DNA of 61,042 bases, the filler included, from Candidatus Lindowbacteria bacterium RIFCSPLOWO2_12_FULL_62_27 (lineage in GTDB: Bacteria > Lindowbacteria > 2-12-FULL-62-27): NCBI GenBank assembly GCA_001784175.1. It is 2 parts of 2 records of this genome, joined end to end, with 100 filler letters (N's around TTAATTAATTAA, not from the genome) between each part and the next. Parts side by side here need not be neighbours in the genome. Positions count along the whole stretch, not along the records: positions 32,020 to 61,042 come from MFPR01000017.1; 1 more part is not named here. One strand, given 5' to 3'. This document shows positions 39,990 to 49,298 of the stretch, piece by piece. Below the pieces are notes generated by a model that saw only the letters and a list, made by a program, of their open reading frames with translations, had not been told where the DNA came from and made no database searches. The translations under genes were made by a program, and so were the position numbers. Each line of letters begins with the position of its first letter. Position 1 is the first letter of the stretch.

Positions 39990-40588
39990 GCGATCTTCAC
40001 CCCCGCCCGAATTCGAAGCTCCGTTGCCACGGTCTTCACAAATTCCTCGAACGGGAATTTCTTTCCCGGGCAATCCTTCTCCTGAAACCGGCTGTGCGGA
40101 TAAATCACATTGGCGTTCTCGTGGATTCCCTCGCGGAGCAACGCCACGCACAACCGTACCCCGCTCTCAAACGTCAGCCGTGACAATTCCTCCTCGTTGA
40201 AATTCCCCGCAAAACAAATCCCGATGCAGGATGAATTGACCCCTGCCGGCATCACGATCTTGCCGTCCAGCGATTTCGTTGCCTTGGTGTGGCTCCCCGG
40301 TCTCTGCCAGACCCATCGGGCCTTTTCCCCGGCATCCGAAATCCAAATCCCGCCATCCTCCTCGATCCCGAAGTGGTATCCCATGTCCGAGTAGCCTCTC
40401 CCGCCGTCCGCTGCCGGCTTCACATGAAAATTCGCATACGCCTGAATATCGTGCCGCTCCGTTTTCGCGTTCGCCGCGCCGTGATGAAGGACGATCCCTA
40501 CCCATTCTCGTAAATTGCCGCGGACCACTTTCCACACATCCGCAACCTCGATCTTCCGGATCGGCCAGTTACCGGATGGGGATTCCAC
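39986..40588 (-). CDS. N-acetylmuramoyl-L-alanine amidase (endolysin)
   Basis: IVLHH, GYSDMGYHF, SHTK, NSSCIGICFAGNF, HS...KDCPG; start uncertain and shorter than the track ORF. Confidence 0.85.
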   Translation of the reverse strand: MESPSGNWPIRKIEVADVWKVVRGNLREWVGIVLHHGAANAKTERHDIQAYANFHVKPAADGGRGYSDMGYHFGIEEDGGIWISDAGEKARWVWQRPGSHTKATKSLDGKIVMPAGVNSSCIGICFAGNFNEEELSRLTFESGVRLCVALLREGIHENANVIYPHSRFQEKDCPGKKFPFEEFVKTVATELRIRAGVKIA

Positions 40589-42272
40589 AGACTTTCGTCT
40601 TTCCCGTATGTGTGGGCATGTCCGTTTTCTGCTTGACCGCTCGAAGCTCCACCGTCGGCACCGCCGCATCCTGCCCTGCCGGAACCGCCGTCTCCCCTGG
40701 AAAATAATCTTTGTAGAACGCATAAGCGAGACACCGCGCCGCATCGACGATATGGTCATCCACCTTCGAATACTTCGGCCGCCCACGCGACAAATCCACC
40801 GTATGATTCCGGAACTGGTAGAGAAGATCGTCATCATCCGGCAGGCCGAGATTCCCCCGTTGCAACATTGACACGAGCGCATCCGTCGCCCAGACCTTCG
40901 AGTTCTTCCGCATCCCATCGCCCACGACGAGATTGCTCGAAAAATCAAACGGCAGAAGCTGGCAACGAAATCCCCCGCGGTATTGCAAATTCTCACACAC
41001 CGGCGCCCCCACGCCCGTCGCGTCAATGGCCATGTACCGAACCCTTATCTCCTGGTCCACCGCTTTCAGTACGTTCTCAATCTGCGGCCACGACGCCCCA
41101 ATCAGGGTGATGATTCCGATCACATCCAGATCGTCACCCGATGCCATGGATGGCATCGCACCCGTAGTCGGTGTTTCTGCGTAGCCCGGAGGGCGTAGCC
41201 GCCGACGAAGGGTGTCGGCCTCGGCAAACAAAATCTCGCACGGGCTTCCCGCCGACGTCCCAAGATCGCATCCAACCAATAGCTCTTTCGGCCGCTCCGC
41301 CACAAAATCTCGCAACCGCCGAAGGACGTCCCCTTCCAAATCCTTAGTCTCCGCTCCCACTACCCGCACCCTCAAAAACTCTCCCTCGTAAATCGCCCGG
41401 TCGATGCACTCGGCCGAAAATACGCCGGCCATGATATTGCCCCAATTCGCCCGGATCTCGCGGTCGTACCCTTCCGGTCCCAGCTCCTCCAGAAGCTCCC
41501 GCTTTTTCTCCTCCGTCATATTCGGATTTTCTTCGCCGGAAATATGGAATTCCTTGTACCCCATCTTGGGGTCCGTACACGCCCGGTAGAAATGCTCGCG
41601 CTTGCCGGTCGGCGTCGAGGACAGAATCGTTAACGCCGCCGGCGCATTGATCGACGTCGGCCCCTCGGCCGCCCAGAACGCTTTCGGCATGTAGTCCGCC
41701 TCGTCGATGATTTTCACGTCGTAAGTCTTCGACCGCGGCCCCTCGCCCTTGTCGCCTGGTCCACGAAAGTCGATGAAACTCCCGTTCGGAAGAATGATCC
41801 TTTTATATGGAGACAACCGAATCCGTATGGCCGATCTTGCAAGATCGCGCTCGGCCTTCCGGTCCATGCCTTCGTGAATCATCAGCCGCATATCCTCGTT
41901 AGATTCCATGAGCGTCCGTGTCCGATCGTAAAGCGTCTCCGCCCAGTCGTCCTTCGCCGAAGCCATCAAAATCCGCGCCCCGCGCAGGATCGCCGCCGGG
42001 CCGCGCGTGGCTGGGCACATCTTCACCCACGCAAAATAGAGCGCGATCAGCGCCATGCACTCGGTCTTCCCGAATTGACGGCCGATCCGGTAGGCGATCT
42101 TGTTGAACTGATGAATCGCCCGAAGCATCCCGTCCTGCCTTGGCCTGACCCGCCAGTCGAATTTTTCGTTCGCCCAGAGGACGATATCCGTCAGTGTCGC
42201 AATCCGATTCCGCGCTCCCTCGTCCCGAATTTTCGATAAAGGACTTTCCATGACCGCCGCCGTCCCGCTCAT
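40569..42272 (-). CDS. Terminase large subunit
   Basis: GRQFGKT, IIDEAD, SSTPTG; nuclease domain GCDLG, IDATGVG, DDHIVDA. Confidence 0.88.
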   Translation of the reverse strand: MSGTAAVMESPLSKIRDEGARNRIATLTDIVLWANEKFDWRVRPRQDGMLRAIHQFNKIAYRIGRQFGKTECMALIALYFAWVKMCPATRGPAAILRGARILMASAKDDWAETLYDRTRTLMESNEDMRLMIHEGMDRKAERDLARSAIRIRLSPYKRIILPNGSFIDFRGPGDKGEGPRSKTYDVKIIDEADYMPKAFWAAEGPTSINAPAALTILSSTPTGKREHFYRACTDPKMGYKEFHISGEENPNMTEEKKRELLEELGPEGYDREIRANWGNIMAGVFSAECIDRAIYEGEFLRVRVVGAETKDLEGDVLRRLRDFVAERPKELLVGCDLGTSAGSPCEILFAEADTLRRRLRPPGYAETPTTGAMPSMASGDDLDVIGIITLIGASWPQIENVLKAVDQEIRVRYMAIDATGVGAPVCENLQYRGGFRCQLLPFDFSSNLVVGDGMRKNSKVWATDALVSMLQRGNLGLPDDDDLLYQFRNHTVDLSRGRPKYSKVDDHIVDAARCLAYAFYKDYFPGETAVPAGQDAAVPTVELRAVKQKTDMPTHTGKTKVCGIPIR

Positions 42273-43819
42273 CCCTCATACACCCGGATCGACTTGGGCC
42301 GCGCCAGCGCCGCGCGCCTGGCGATTCCGGGAACTGGATCTACCAGAAACGGACCGAGCGTCTCGTAGGCTCGCCGTTCAAACTCACGCTTTTGGGTTTG
42401 CATGAGATCGATCCGCCTCGACCCTGCGCCGGCGGCCGCGCCAGCGGACATCGTCTGGGTCGTATTCCAAATCGCCGCGTCAAGCAAAAACGACATGGCC
42501 AGCTCCGCACCACCGCGCCGAAACCGCGGATCGCTGATGTTCGCCGATGGCTTCAGCCGTTCTTGAATGAACGCCGACGCCTTGATGAGCGATGCGATAA
42601 TGTTCTGGTCGGTGATCCTTGTCGCGCTGTGCCGGTAGGTCAATTCAATCGGCTCGGCGTTGGGCCCAAGCCACCGGAATCGCCCAAGCATATAATCGAT
42701 CTCGTATAATCCGGATGCGCTCCATGAAGGAAGAGGGTTTGGAAAGTTGAGACGCCGAACCGTTTCCGTGCCTGTTTCGATGAGGACGTGTTCCAGATTT
42801 TGGCTGAACGCAACCCCGTTGATCGCAGGGATGGTCGTCAACTGCTTTGTAATGAGCCCAGTGTCCACGCCGAAAATGATCTGCATCTCTGACTTCATCC
42901 CGTCCAGATTTATGAAAACGATGTGCAGTCCGGTAAACGCTGTCAACCTCGTCGCCCGAAACGTCCGAACCCGCACCACCATCCGAATCGGCACAATCCG
43001 CCCGACACGAATCCGCGCCTTCGCCCGCGCGATGACGTTGACCAGCCGAAGATGGGTGTTAGCCCGAACCGGTGCAACCTCTCCCGCCCGGATCCGCGTC
43101 GCCCCGCGAACGAACACCCGCGGCCCCACGCGGACTTTGGAATTTCCCCGAGTGATCCCCCGCTTGCCGATAATAAAGTCCGTGCCGCCTCGAACAAACG
43201 AATTGACCAAATGTAACGATGGCACGATCGACGTGACACGGTTCTTGAACACCGACATGAAACTTTTGCCGCGCACCTTCGTCCGAACCAAAAGCCGCGG
43301 CGCGTCAATCGCCATCGTAACCGCGGCGCCCGTCGCGGTGGGTCCGGACACGATCGGCAACTGCCTGTAATTGGGCACGGGATTCGTGTTGCTGCCTTCC
43401 AATCGAGATACCGCCCGTACCCAAACCCACTGTGCCCCGTTAGGGACGGACGTCGTAATGACGATCTGTGCGTCGACAAACCCGTACACCTGTGCCGCAA
43501 ACTGCGCTAGAATTCCAATCGACTGTCCCGGATAAATCTGGACGGACAATCCGGCCGGCCCGGGATCCGAAAAATCCTGGCCGATTGGTTTGAAATGTAG
43601 CCGCGAGAAAAAATTGGGCGTGGGCGAGCTGATATGAAACGTCCGAAGCGTCGGCCCGGCGAAATAGTGGTCTTCCGCAAAATGCAGAACGCCGGTCCAG
43701 AGATGAAAATAATTTATTTCCGAATCTTGCCGATCATCCGTAAACTGAATGACAAACGCGTGCTCCGCGCTGCCTGCAACCGGAACGCCTACGCCATACA
43801 CTTCGTCGAGCGTAGGCAT
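42269..43819 (-). CDS. Putative virion protein (beta-rich N-terminus, Arg/Val-rich middle, possible head-completion-like C-terminus)
   Basis: Located between capsid and terminase genes; composition only, family not recognised. Confidence 0.45.
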   Translation of the reverse strand: MPTLDEVYGVGVPVAGSAEHAFVIQFTDDRQDSEINYFHLWTGVLHFAEDHYFAGPTLRTFHISSPTPNFFSRLHFKPIGQDFSDPGPAGLSVQIYPGQSIGILAQFAAQVYGFVDAQIVITTSVPNGAQWVWVRAVSRLEGSNTNPVPNYRQLPIVSGPTATGAAVTMAIDAPRLLVRTKVRGKSFMSVFKNRVTSIVPSLHLVNSFVRGGTDFIIGKRGITRGNSKVRVGPRVFVRGATRIRAGEVAPVRANTHLRLVNVIARAKARIRVGRIVPIRMVVRVRTFRATRLTAFTGLHIVFINLDGMKSEMQIIFGVDTGLITKQLTTIPAINGVAFSQNLEHVLIETGTETVRRLNFPNPLPSWSASGLYEIDYMLGRFRWLGPNAEPIELTYRHSATRITDQNIIASLIKASAFIQERLKPSANISDPRFRRGGAELAMSFLLDAAIWNTTQTMSAGAAAGAGSRRIDLMQTQKREFERRAYETLGPFLVDPVPGIARRAALARPKSIRVYEG

Positions 43820-43824
43820 GGGGC

Positions 43825-44232
43825 TTAGACCGCAAGCTCAATCGAGTTGATCACCAGCTTGATGCCGACATAGTTCCCAACCGCCGTTCCGGGCGGAATC
43901 GTGACGCGAACAAACATCTGCGTCTCGCTCGGACCGGCCGCAATATTCGGCAGCGGCTGCGACGCCCCAGGCGAGGCGCTATCCAGCCCCGCCTGCGTCG
44001 TCGCCATCCGGATCATCACCGCATCAATCACCGGATCTGAATCCTCGATCGTAATCAGCAAATTTTGATATTGCTTTGTCGAATCCGCGTTTCGGACAAA
44101 CAACCCCTGGTCCCGGCTCTGTCCAGCCGTCCCGTCAAATGTCACGTCATCGAATATCGCCGCGCCCGACTGCCCGGCATCATCCGCAATCGGCCCGACC
44201 CCCCCAGCCGCCTTGAAGAAATGTAGCGCCAT
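43825..44232 (-). CDS. Putative virion protein (Ig-like beta composition)
   Basis: Downstream of the capsid gene; MFVRVTIPPGTAVGNY. Confidence 0.5.
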   Translation of the reverse strand: MALHFFKAAGGVGPIADDAGQSGAAIFDDVTFDGTAGQSRDQGLFVRNADSTKQYQNLLITIEDSDPVIDAVMIRMATTQAGLDSASPGASQPLPNIAAGPSETQMFVRVTIPPGTAVGNYVGIKLVINSIELAV

Positions 44233-44322
44233 GGTTCACCCCGAATGGAAGATGGGGGAAAAGGAGAGAGGGGCGCCGTCCCCCCCTCCCTCCCCCCTAT
44301 AACGCCAGTTCTTTACCGGCCG

Positions 44323-45369
44323 TTAAATCTGTATAACCACCCGCGCATCCTTGTACAGAATCGCAAAATCGACATTCAGCGTGATGTAGGAGCGGTCCCA
44401 CTGTTTTGAAATGAGCTTGTCGCTCTCCACCGTCACGTCGTTTTCCGTGACCTTCACGACCGCGAACGCCTTGTCCAGAATCGTCACCTGGTTGTCCGGC
44501 TGGTTTCGGAGCGCGTCGAGCGTCAGGCCCAAGGGACTCGGCGTCTTGCCCGTCCGCGCGAAATCGAACACCAGCGGGTCCTTGAACTCCGCCATGTTGA
44601 GAATCTTCCGCTTGGTCGTCGCACTGCAGAGGATGTTGGTCGGCGTGAAATTCCGATTGTCCATGAGTTCGACAAAGCCCATGGTCAGGTCCTCGTACAC
44701 GAGCGCGCCCGGCGTGATGACCGGAATCGCCGTCGGCGCCGACTCCGTGGAATTGCCCACCCGCAGAACCTCGCCGCACCGGTTGTCGAGCTGGATCCCG
44801 ACCCTCTGGCCGACCCGCTCCAGATGCACTCGGAGCATGTTGATCTTCATCCGCCGCATCGCCTCGTAGGACGCGATGATCCCACGGCCCTTCTTGCCGA
44901 TCACAACGATCCGGTCACCGTACTTGATCTCGCTCTCCGGAATGTCCGCACCCTCGGCAACGTCGAGGGCCTCCTCCTCGGCCTCGTTCTCTTTCTCGTC
45001 CACGTACGGCACCTGATACGAATTGCCCTCCGCCGTTTCCTCGCTCGCCACGAGCCGGTTGTGAATAGGCCGGTGCCGCAGGCCCGAGAGAACGCCCTCC
45101 CGCACGATGTCCGGAAAGAGCCACTTCGCGTTTGGATCCGACGAGAAAAATTTCTCGATCGTGCAGTTCGGCAGATCGATCTTGAACTGGTCCCGGCAGT
45201 AATCCCGGATGTTCGACCCCGTGACCTTGAAATACTCGCCGTACGTCGCCCCGACCCGGTTTAGCTCAAAGTACAACCGCTCGCCCCGCATGTCCTTGAG
45301 CGCCCCGACGTCCTGGGTAAAGAACTCAATCTTGTCGACCATCTTTTCCATCAGTTCCGTTGTCTTCAT
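44323..45369 (-). CDS. Major capsid protein (HK97 fold)
   Basis: LFPDIV, VAEGADIPE, KKGRGIIASYE; follows protease/scaffold and decoration genes. Confidence 0.8.
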   Translation of the reverse strand: MKTTELMEKMVDKIEFFTQDVGALKDMRGERLYFELNRVGATYGEYFKVTGSNIRDYCRDQFKIDLPNCTIEKFFSSDPNAKWLFPDIVREGVLSGLRHRPIHNRLVASEETAEGNSYQVPYVDEKENEAEEEALDVAEGADIPESEIKYGDRIVVIGKKGRGIIASYEAMRRMKINMLRVHLERVGQRVGIQLDNRCGEVLRVGNSTESAPTAIPVITPGALVYEDLTMGFVELMDNRNFTPTNILCSATTKRKILNMAEFKDPLVFDFARTGKTPSPLGLTLDALRNQPDNQVTILDKAFAVVKVTENDVTVESDKLISKQWDRSYITLNVDFAILYKDARVVIQI

Positions 45370-45380
45370 GTTCCGCCGAC

Positions 45381-45746
45381 CTACCTTTCCACGTCCACGG
45401 TCGTGCCGGCCGTGTCCACCGCAATCACCAGCCACCGGCCGGTCGGAGCTGCCTTGACCTTGCCGGCCGTCGCGCTCCCCACAACCGACTGGCCCACCAC
45501 GGGGGATGCGCCAGCGTACGAAAATCGCAGGACGCCATTCATGACGACCGCCGTCAGCGCCCCATCTTTGTTCACCAGCTTGTCCAGCACCTGCCCATGC
45601 ACTTCCGCCCCGTCCGGGCTGTGCACGACGGTGTAGCTCCCGTTGAACGACACCGCCTGTCCTTCCGACAAATTCGCCGTCCCCGCACTCGGCGCCGTCG
45701 CCGTAACGACAGGGCTTCCGCGCAAGGGGCCTCCGACTTTAGCCAT
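45381..45746 (-). CDS. Capsid decoration/cement protein (DUF2190-like)
   Basis: Small Gly/Ala/Val-rich protein between scaffold and capsid genes. Confidence 0.6.
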   Translation of the reverse strand: MAKVGGPLRGSPVVTATAPSAGTANLSEGQAVSFNGSYTVVHSPDGAEVHGQVLDKLVNKDGALTAVVMNGVLRFSYAGASPVVGQSVVGSATAGKVKAAPTGRWLVIAVDTAGTTVDVER

Positions 45747-47034
45747 TGATGTTCACCCGCCTATCCTGAAATAGTGGTGCGCCCTCATTCAGCATGTCGC
45801 GCACCTTTGCCTGCCGTTCATCGCCGGCGTGCTGGCCATCAAACGGCGCATGGATCGACTGTCCGGCCGCCGGAAACTTCTCGTCCACGCGCTTTCGAAG
45901 CCCCTCGATTTCCTTCTTGAGATCGTCCACCGTCAGCGCCGCGAGTTTGCGTTTCGTGTTGTCGGAATTGAATCCGTTGCCATCCACGAGTCCGGCTAAT
46001 CGGTGCGCCTCAAACGCGAGGTCCTCGCGGTATTTCTTCCCCGCCTCGACCTCCGGCTGTGCCTGCTCGTATTTCGCCCGCAGGTCCTCGTACGCCGCCT
46101 GCGACTCTTTCAGCGAGGCGGAGAGCCGGTCAAACTCGGCCTGAAGCCCATCCGCCTTCTCTCGAATCTTCGCCATCTCCGCATCCCTTTCCCGAAGGTC
46201 GCTCTGCAGTTTTTTGATCTGCTCGTCCTGCCGGTCCCGTTCGGCCGTGGCATCCGCCGTCGCTTTCCCAAGTTCCGCCACGCGCCCATTCAGCGCGTCG
46301 ATTTCTTTCTGCCGTTCGCCCAGCCTGGCAATCGCCTCATCCGCCTTGTCCACCGCCGTTTTCAGCGCCCGCTCATGTTCCTCCTTGAGCGCCGCCAACG
46401 CCGTCTCGTGTTCAACCTTCAGTTTCTGAATCTCATCCATATTTCCCTCCCGATTTTGTTTTTCTTCTGGCTCCTGGCTTCCGGCTTCTGGCTTCTCCAG
46501 GGATTTCACTATCGCCTCCACCCACGTCCGCGGATTCGCCGGAATCCCGACGATCGACACCTCCAGCAGTTCAATGTCATCCAGCACCCGCACCTGCCGC
46601 CCGCCGGTGTCCTCGATAAATGTCTTGAGGATCCGCCCGCCGACCGACAGCGCCAGCTTGGTCTTGCCCTTGAGCTTCGCCCAAAGTTGCCGGATCTTCG
46701 GCTGTGCCTCTTCGCCTTCAAGCTGAAACACAACCTCAAATTGTCCTTGTGGATTGATGGCCGCCTCGACTGCCCGGCCGAGAGTGTTTTCCCAGGAATG
46801 AAAATGATCTCCGAACAGCGTCAAATTCGCCTTCGCCGTCTCCGCCATCCGCGCCAGCGCATTCTTGCTGAACCGCTCCCCATGCCGATCAATCTTGTCG
46901 TCCGACGCCACCCCGCGCAGAAATCGCAGTTCATTCCCCTGCTCATCCTGCTTGGTGAAAATCTCGACCTGCCCCGTATGGAACCGAAAGTCTACACCCG
47001 CGTCCGTCTTCATGCTGGGCGCAATGCGTGACAT
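45739..47034 (-). CDS. HK97-type prohead protease fused to coiled-coil scaffold
   Basis: DRHGERFS, DH, LSVGG, LLEVSIVGIPANP; C-terminal coiled coil; start uncertain (47013-47049). Confidence 0.85.
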   Translation of the reverse strand: MSRIAPSMKTDAGVDFRFHTGQVEIFTKQDEQGNELRFLRGVASDDKIDRHGERFSKNALARMAETAKANLTLFGDHFHSWENTLGRAVEAAINPQGQFEVVFQLEGEEAQPKIRQLWAKLKGKTKLALSVGGRILKTFIEDTGGRQVRVLDDIELLEVSIVGIPANPRTWVEAIVKSLEKPEAGSQEPEEKQNREGNMDEIQKLKVEHETALAALKEEHERALKTAVDKADEAIARLGERQKEIDALNGRVAELGKATADATAERDRQDEQIKKLQSDLRERDAEMAKIREKADGLQAEFDRLSASLKESQAAYEDLRAKYEQAQPEVEAGKKYREDLAFEAHRLAGLVDGNGFNSDNTKRKLAALTVDDLKKEIEGLRKRVDEKFPAAGQSIHAPFDGQHAGDERQAKVRDMLNEGAPLFQDRRVNING

Positions 47035-47151
47035 TGAAAAGAATGTCAAGAAATATTTTTTGGCAGCGGTGTGAAAGACACAGTCGTAATTGTTACTCGA
47101 TCTTGTTGGTGGGAATGAAATTCGTATGTGAATGTGAATTCGCGCGTGATT

Positions 47152-48330
47152 TTATGCGGTGGTTAATTCCCATAAAACAATCTCGGGTGGGCAAAGAAAC
47201 CGCACGCGCGGAGAGCCACGGCCTTCAAGACCAATCCCTCTCGAAACGTACAGAATCATATCGCCCACCTGGTATCGACCCGATTCGAAGCGCTTCCCAT
47301 ATAGTGACGACGTATATAATGCGCCATAGAAGGGCAGGCAAACTTGCCCGCCATGAGTATGACCGGACAATTGAAGATCAATGGCCATCCGGGCCGCATC
47401 AGGCGCGATATCCGGCGTGTGATACAGCAATAAGGTAAATCGGTTGGACTGGCCATCTAGGACAGATTGAAGGCGAGGGGCATCTACAAAAGGTTTGTGC
47501 GTGCAATCAATACCCACGAGATTGATTATGTCGCCTCGAATGTCCACCGTAATCGTTTCGTTTCGAACCAGTTTGATCGGCAAGTCCTCGAAAAGATTTT
47601 CTACAATGTCCGCCTTGTCGACCACGGGACTGCCCGTTACGGCATAGATGCCAAACGGGGCCGAAAGCGTGCGCAGTACTTCCCTCGCGTCCTCCCATGT
47701 TTCCTGCGCGTAGATATAGGAAAGATTCAGATAATCGCCGGTGAGAACAATCAAATCGGCCGATATCGACCGAACCTCCTGGATAAGCCGCCGCTCTCGT
47801 GATGTGATACGCTCGATATGCAAATCCGAAAGATGGAGAATCCGGATCGGCATATTTGATTTCAATTTCTTTGACCGTAACATTTGGCAGCTGACTCGAA
47901 GCTGCTGTGGTTCGATCCAAAATCCATAGACAACGAGTAGTGTCCCAATGAGATGGGCAGGAATGAGAAACTGAAACGGCAAGAACGCCCACGGAATTCT
48001 GAGGCAAGCCAGCATAAGGGTTGGCGGCTTGGCCGGACCGAATGATCTCCCGGTAGCAGGAAGTGCGGCCAACAGCGCCCAGTCTGAAAGGAAAAAAACA
48101 TATGGGATGACGGCATATGGCCACTGGCCACGCGCTGGAATCCAGGCAAGGCCGAAAAGGATTGCGGCAAAAATTGCTGACGGTAACCGTTCTACCTTGT
48201 CCAGAATATCCAGAAGTGAGTTCCTCCACCCGCTGCCAGTGCCAGGGAAACTGCTGTGTTTGGAGTAGTCAGCCCTGGACATGGAGGGACCATCGGCGGA
48301 ATTGAACCGCCAACCCCCGCGCATCGTCAA
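47152..48330 (-). CDS. Membrane-anchored metallophosphoesterase (YkuE-like)
   Basis: HLSDLH, TGDY, HTPD, SGHTHGGQV, VSRGIG, R..CPPEI. Confidence 0.85.
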   Translation of the reverse strand: MTMRGGWRFNSADGPSMSRADYSKHSSFPGTGSGWRNSLLDILDKVERLPSAIFAAILFGLAWIPARGQWPYAVIPYVFFLSDWALLAALPATGRSFGPAKPPTLMLACLRIPWAFLPFQFLIPAHLIGTLLVVYGFWIEPQQLRVSCQMLRSKKLKSNMPIRILHLSDLHIERITSRERRLIQEVRSISADLIVLTGDYLNLSYIYAQETWEDAREVLRTLSAPFGIYAVTGSPVVDKADIVENLFEDLPIKLVRNETITVDIRGDIINLVGIDCTHKPFVDAPRLQSVLDGQSNRFTLLLYHTPDIAPDAARMAIDLQLSGHTHGGQVCLPFYGALYTSSLYGKRFESGRYQVGDMILYVSRGIGLEGRGSPRVRFLCPPEIVLWELTTA

Positions 48331-49076
48331 CCCCCGACAAACCCTTTTGCCATGTTCCAGACCGCTTCAAAGAAATTGCTCTGGATCTTCCGGAACAGGG
48401 CAAACGACTCTGGATTGCCGACGAAGGGCCTCAATATCCACGACATCTGGGCCCCGACAAACCCGTAGATCAATATCCAGATTCGCAGAATCGTGAGGTT
48501 CGGCTCCCGCCCACTGCGCTCCGCCAGACTTGTCATGGCTCGCCAGATCCACATCACCCCGAACGCGCCTGCAATGGCGCACATCGCCACGTTCAGCAGC
48601 GTGATAAAATCGTGGCCGCCGGCTGAGATCGCGAAAAACAGCAGGATCGGCGCAAACGACGCCAGAATCGTGGCCGTCAAATACGCCGCCATGGACAGCA
48701 CCGCCGTGCACTGGAGAAACGAGAGTTTCGACCCCAGAATCACATTGAACGTAAACAGCGCCGGCAGGCAGATCAGAAGCGACAGCACGATCAGGGTGGG
48801 CACTTTCAGGCCGGCTGCCGGAATCTGCCACCCCGCCGCGAAAAACCCTAGCCCCAGCCCATAGATCACAGAAAACGCGAGCGTCCACCGTGCAAAATAC
48901 GCGATCGTGGGTAAGAGATCCTTCCCCTCGGCGATTTGCGCATAGAGTCTCTCCGGAGCCCGCAGGACCAGCGTCCCGGGCGTGGCATTCGGCGGTATGG
49001 GTTCTTCTTCGAAATCGTCTTCCGGTTCCGGCTCCGCGGGCCGTTCACCGGCAGTGTCGGTTGAAACGGTGTCCAT
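48327..49076 (-). CDS. Multi-pass membrane protein
   Basis: Five to six TM segments; YGFVGAQMSWILRPFVG. Confidence 0.7.
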   Translation of the reverse strand: MDTVSTDTAGERPAEPEPEDDFEEEPIPPNATPGTLVLRAPERLYAQIAEGKDLLPTIAYFARWTLAFSVIYGLGLGFFAAGWQIPAAGLKVPTLIVLSLLICLPALFTFNVILGSKLSFLQCTAVLSMAAYLTATILASFAPILLFFAISAGGHDFITLLNVAMCAIAGAFGVMWIWRAMTSLAERSGREPNLTILRIWILIYGFVGAQMSWILRPFVGNPESFALFRKIQSNFFEAVWNMAKGFVGG

Positions 49077-49298
49077 CTGGCATCACCTCCTCAACGGAAT
49101 CCCTGGCCGTAGGTCAGGGCCTTGTTGATCAAGGCATCATCCGGAGGTGATACACTTCACATCTGGGCTGCGGCTTTCAATGAGGAAATATAAAGAACAA
49201 TTCCGAGCGTGCCACATCCGGTACGCTCACATGACGTCTACAAATCTATCCCGAACGATTTCGAATTGCAAGTATTTGACCAAACACCTTCCCGGTCC

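Noticed and set aside
32020-47150. att sites or tRNA integration site for the phage-like element
   Set aside because: No tRNA, integrase or flanking direct repeat identified by eye; the left end lies in the gap
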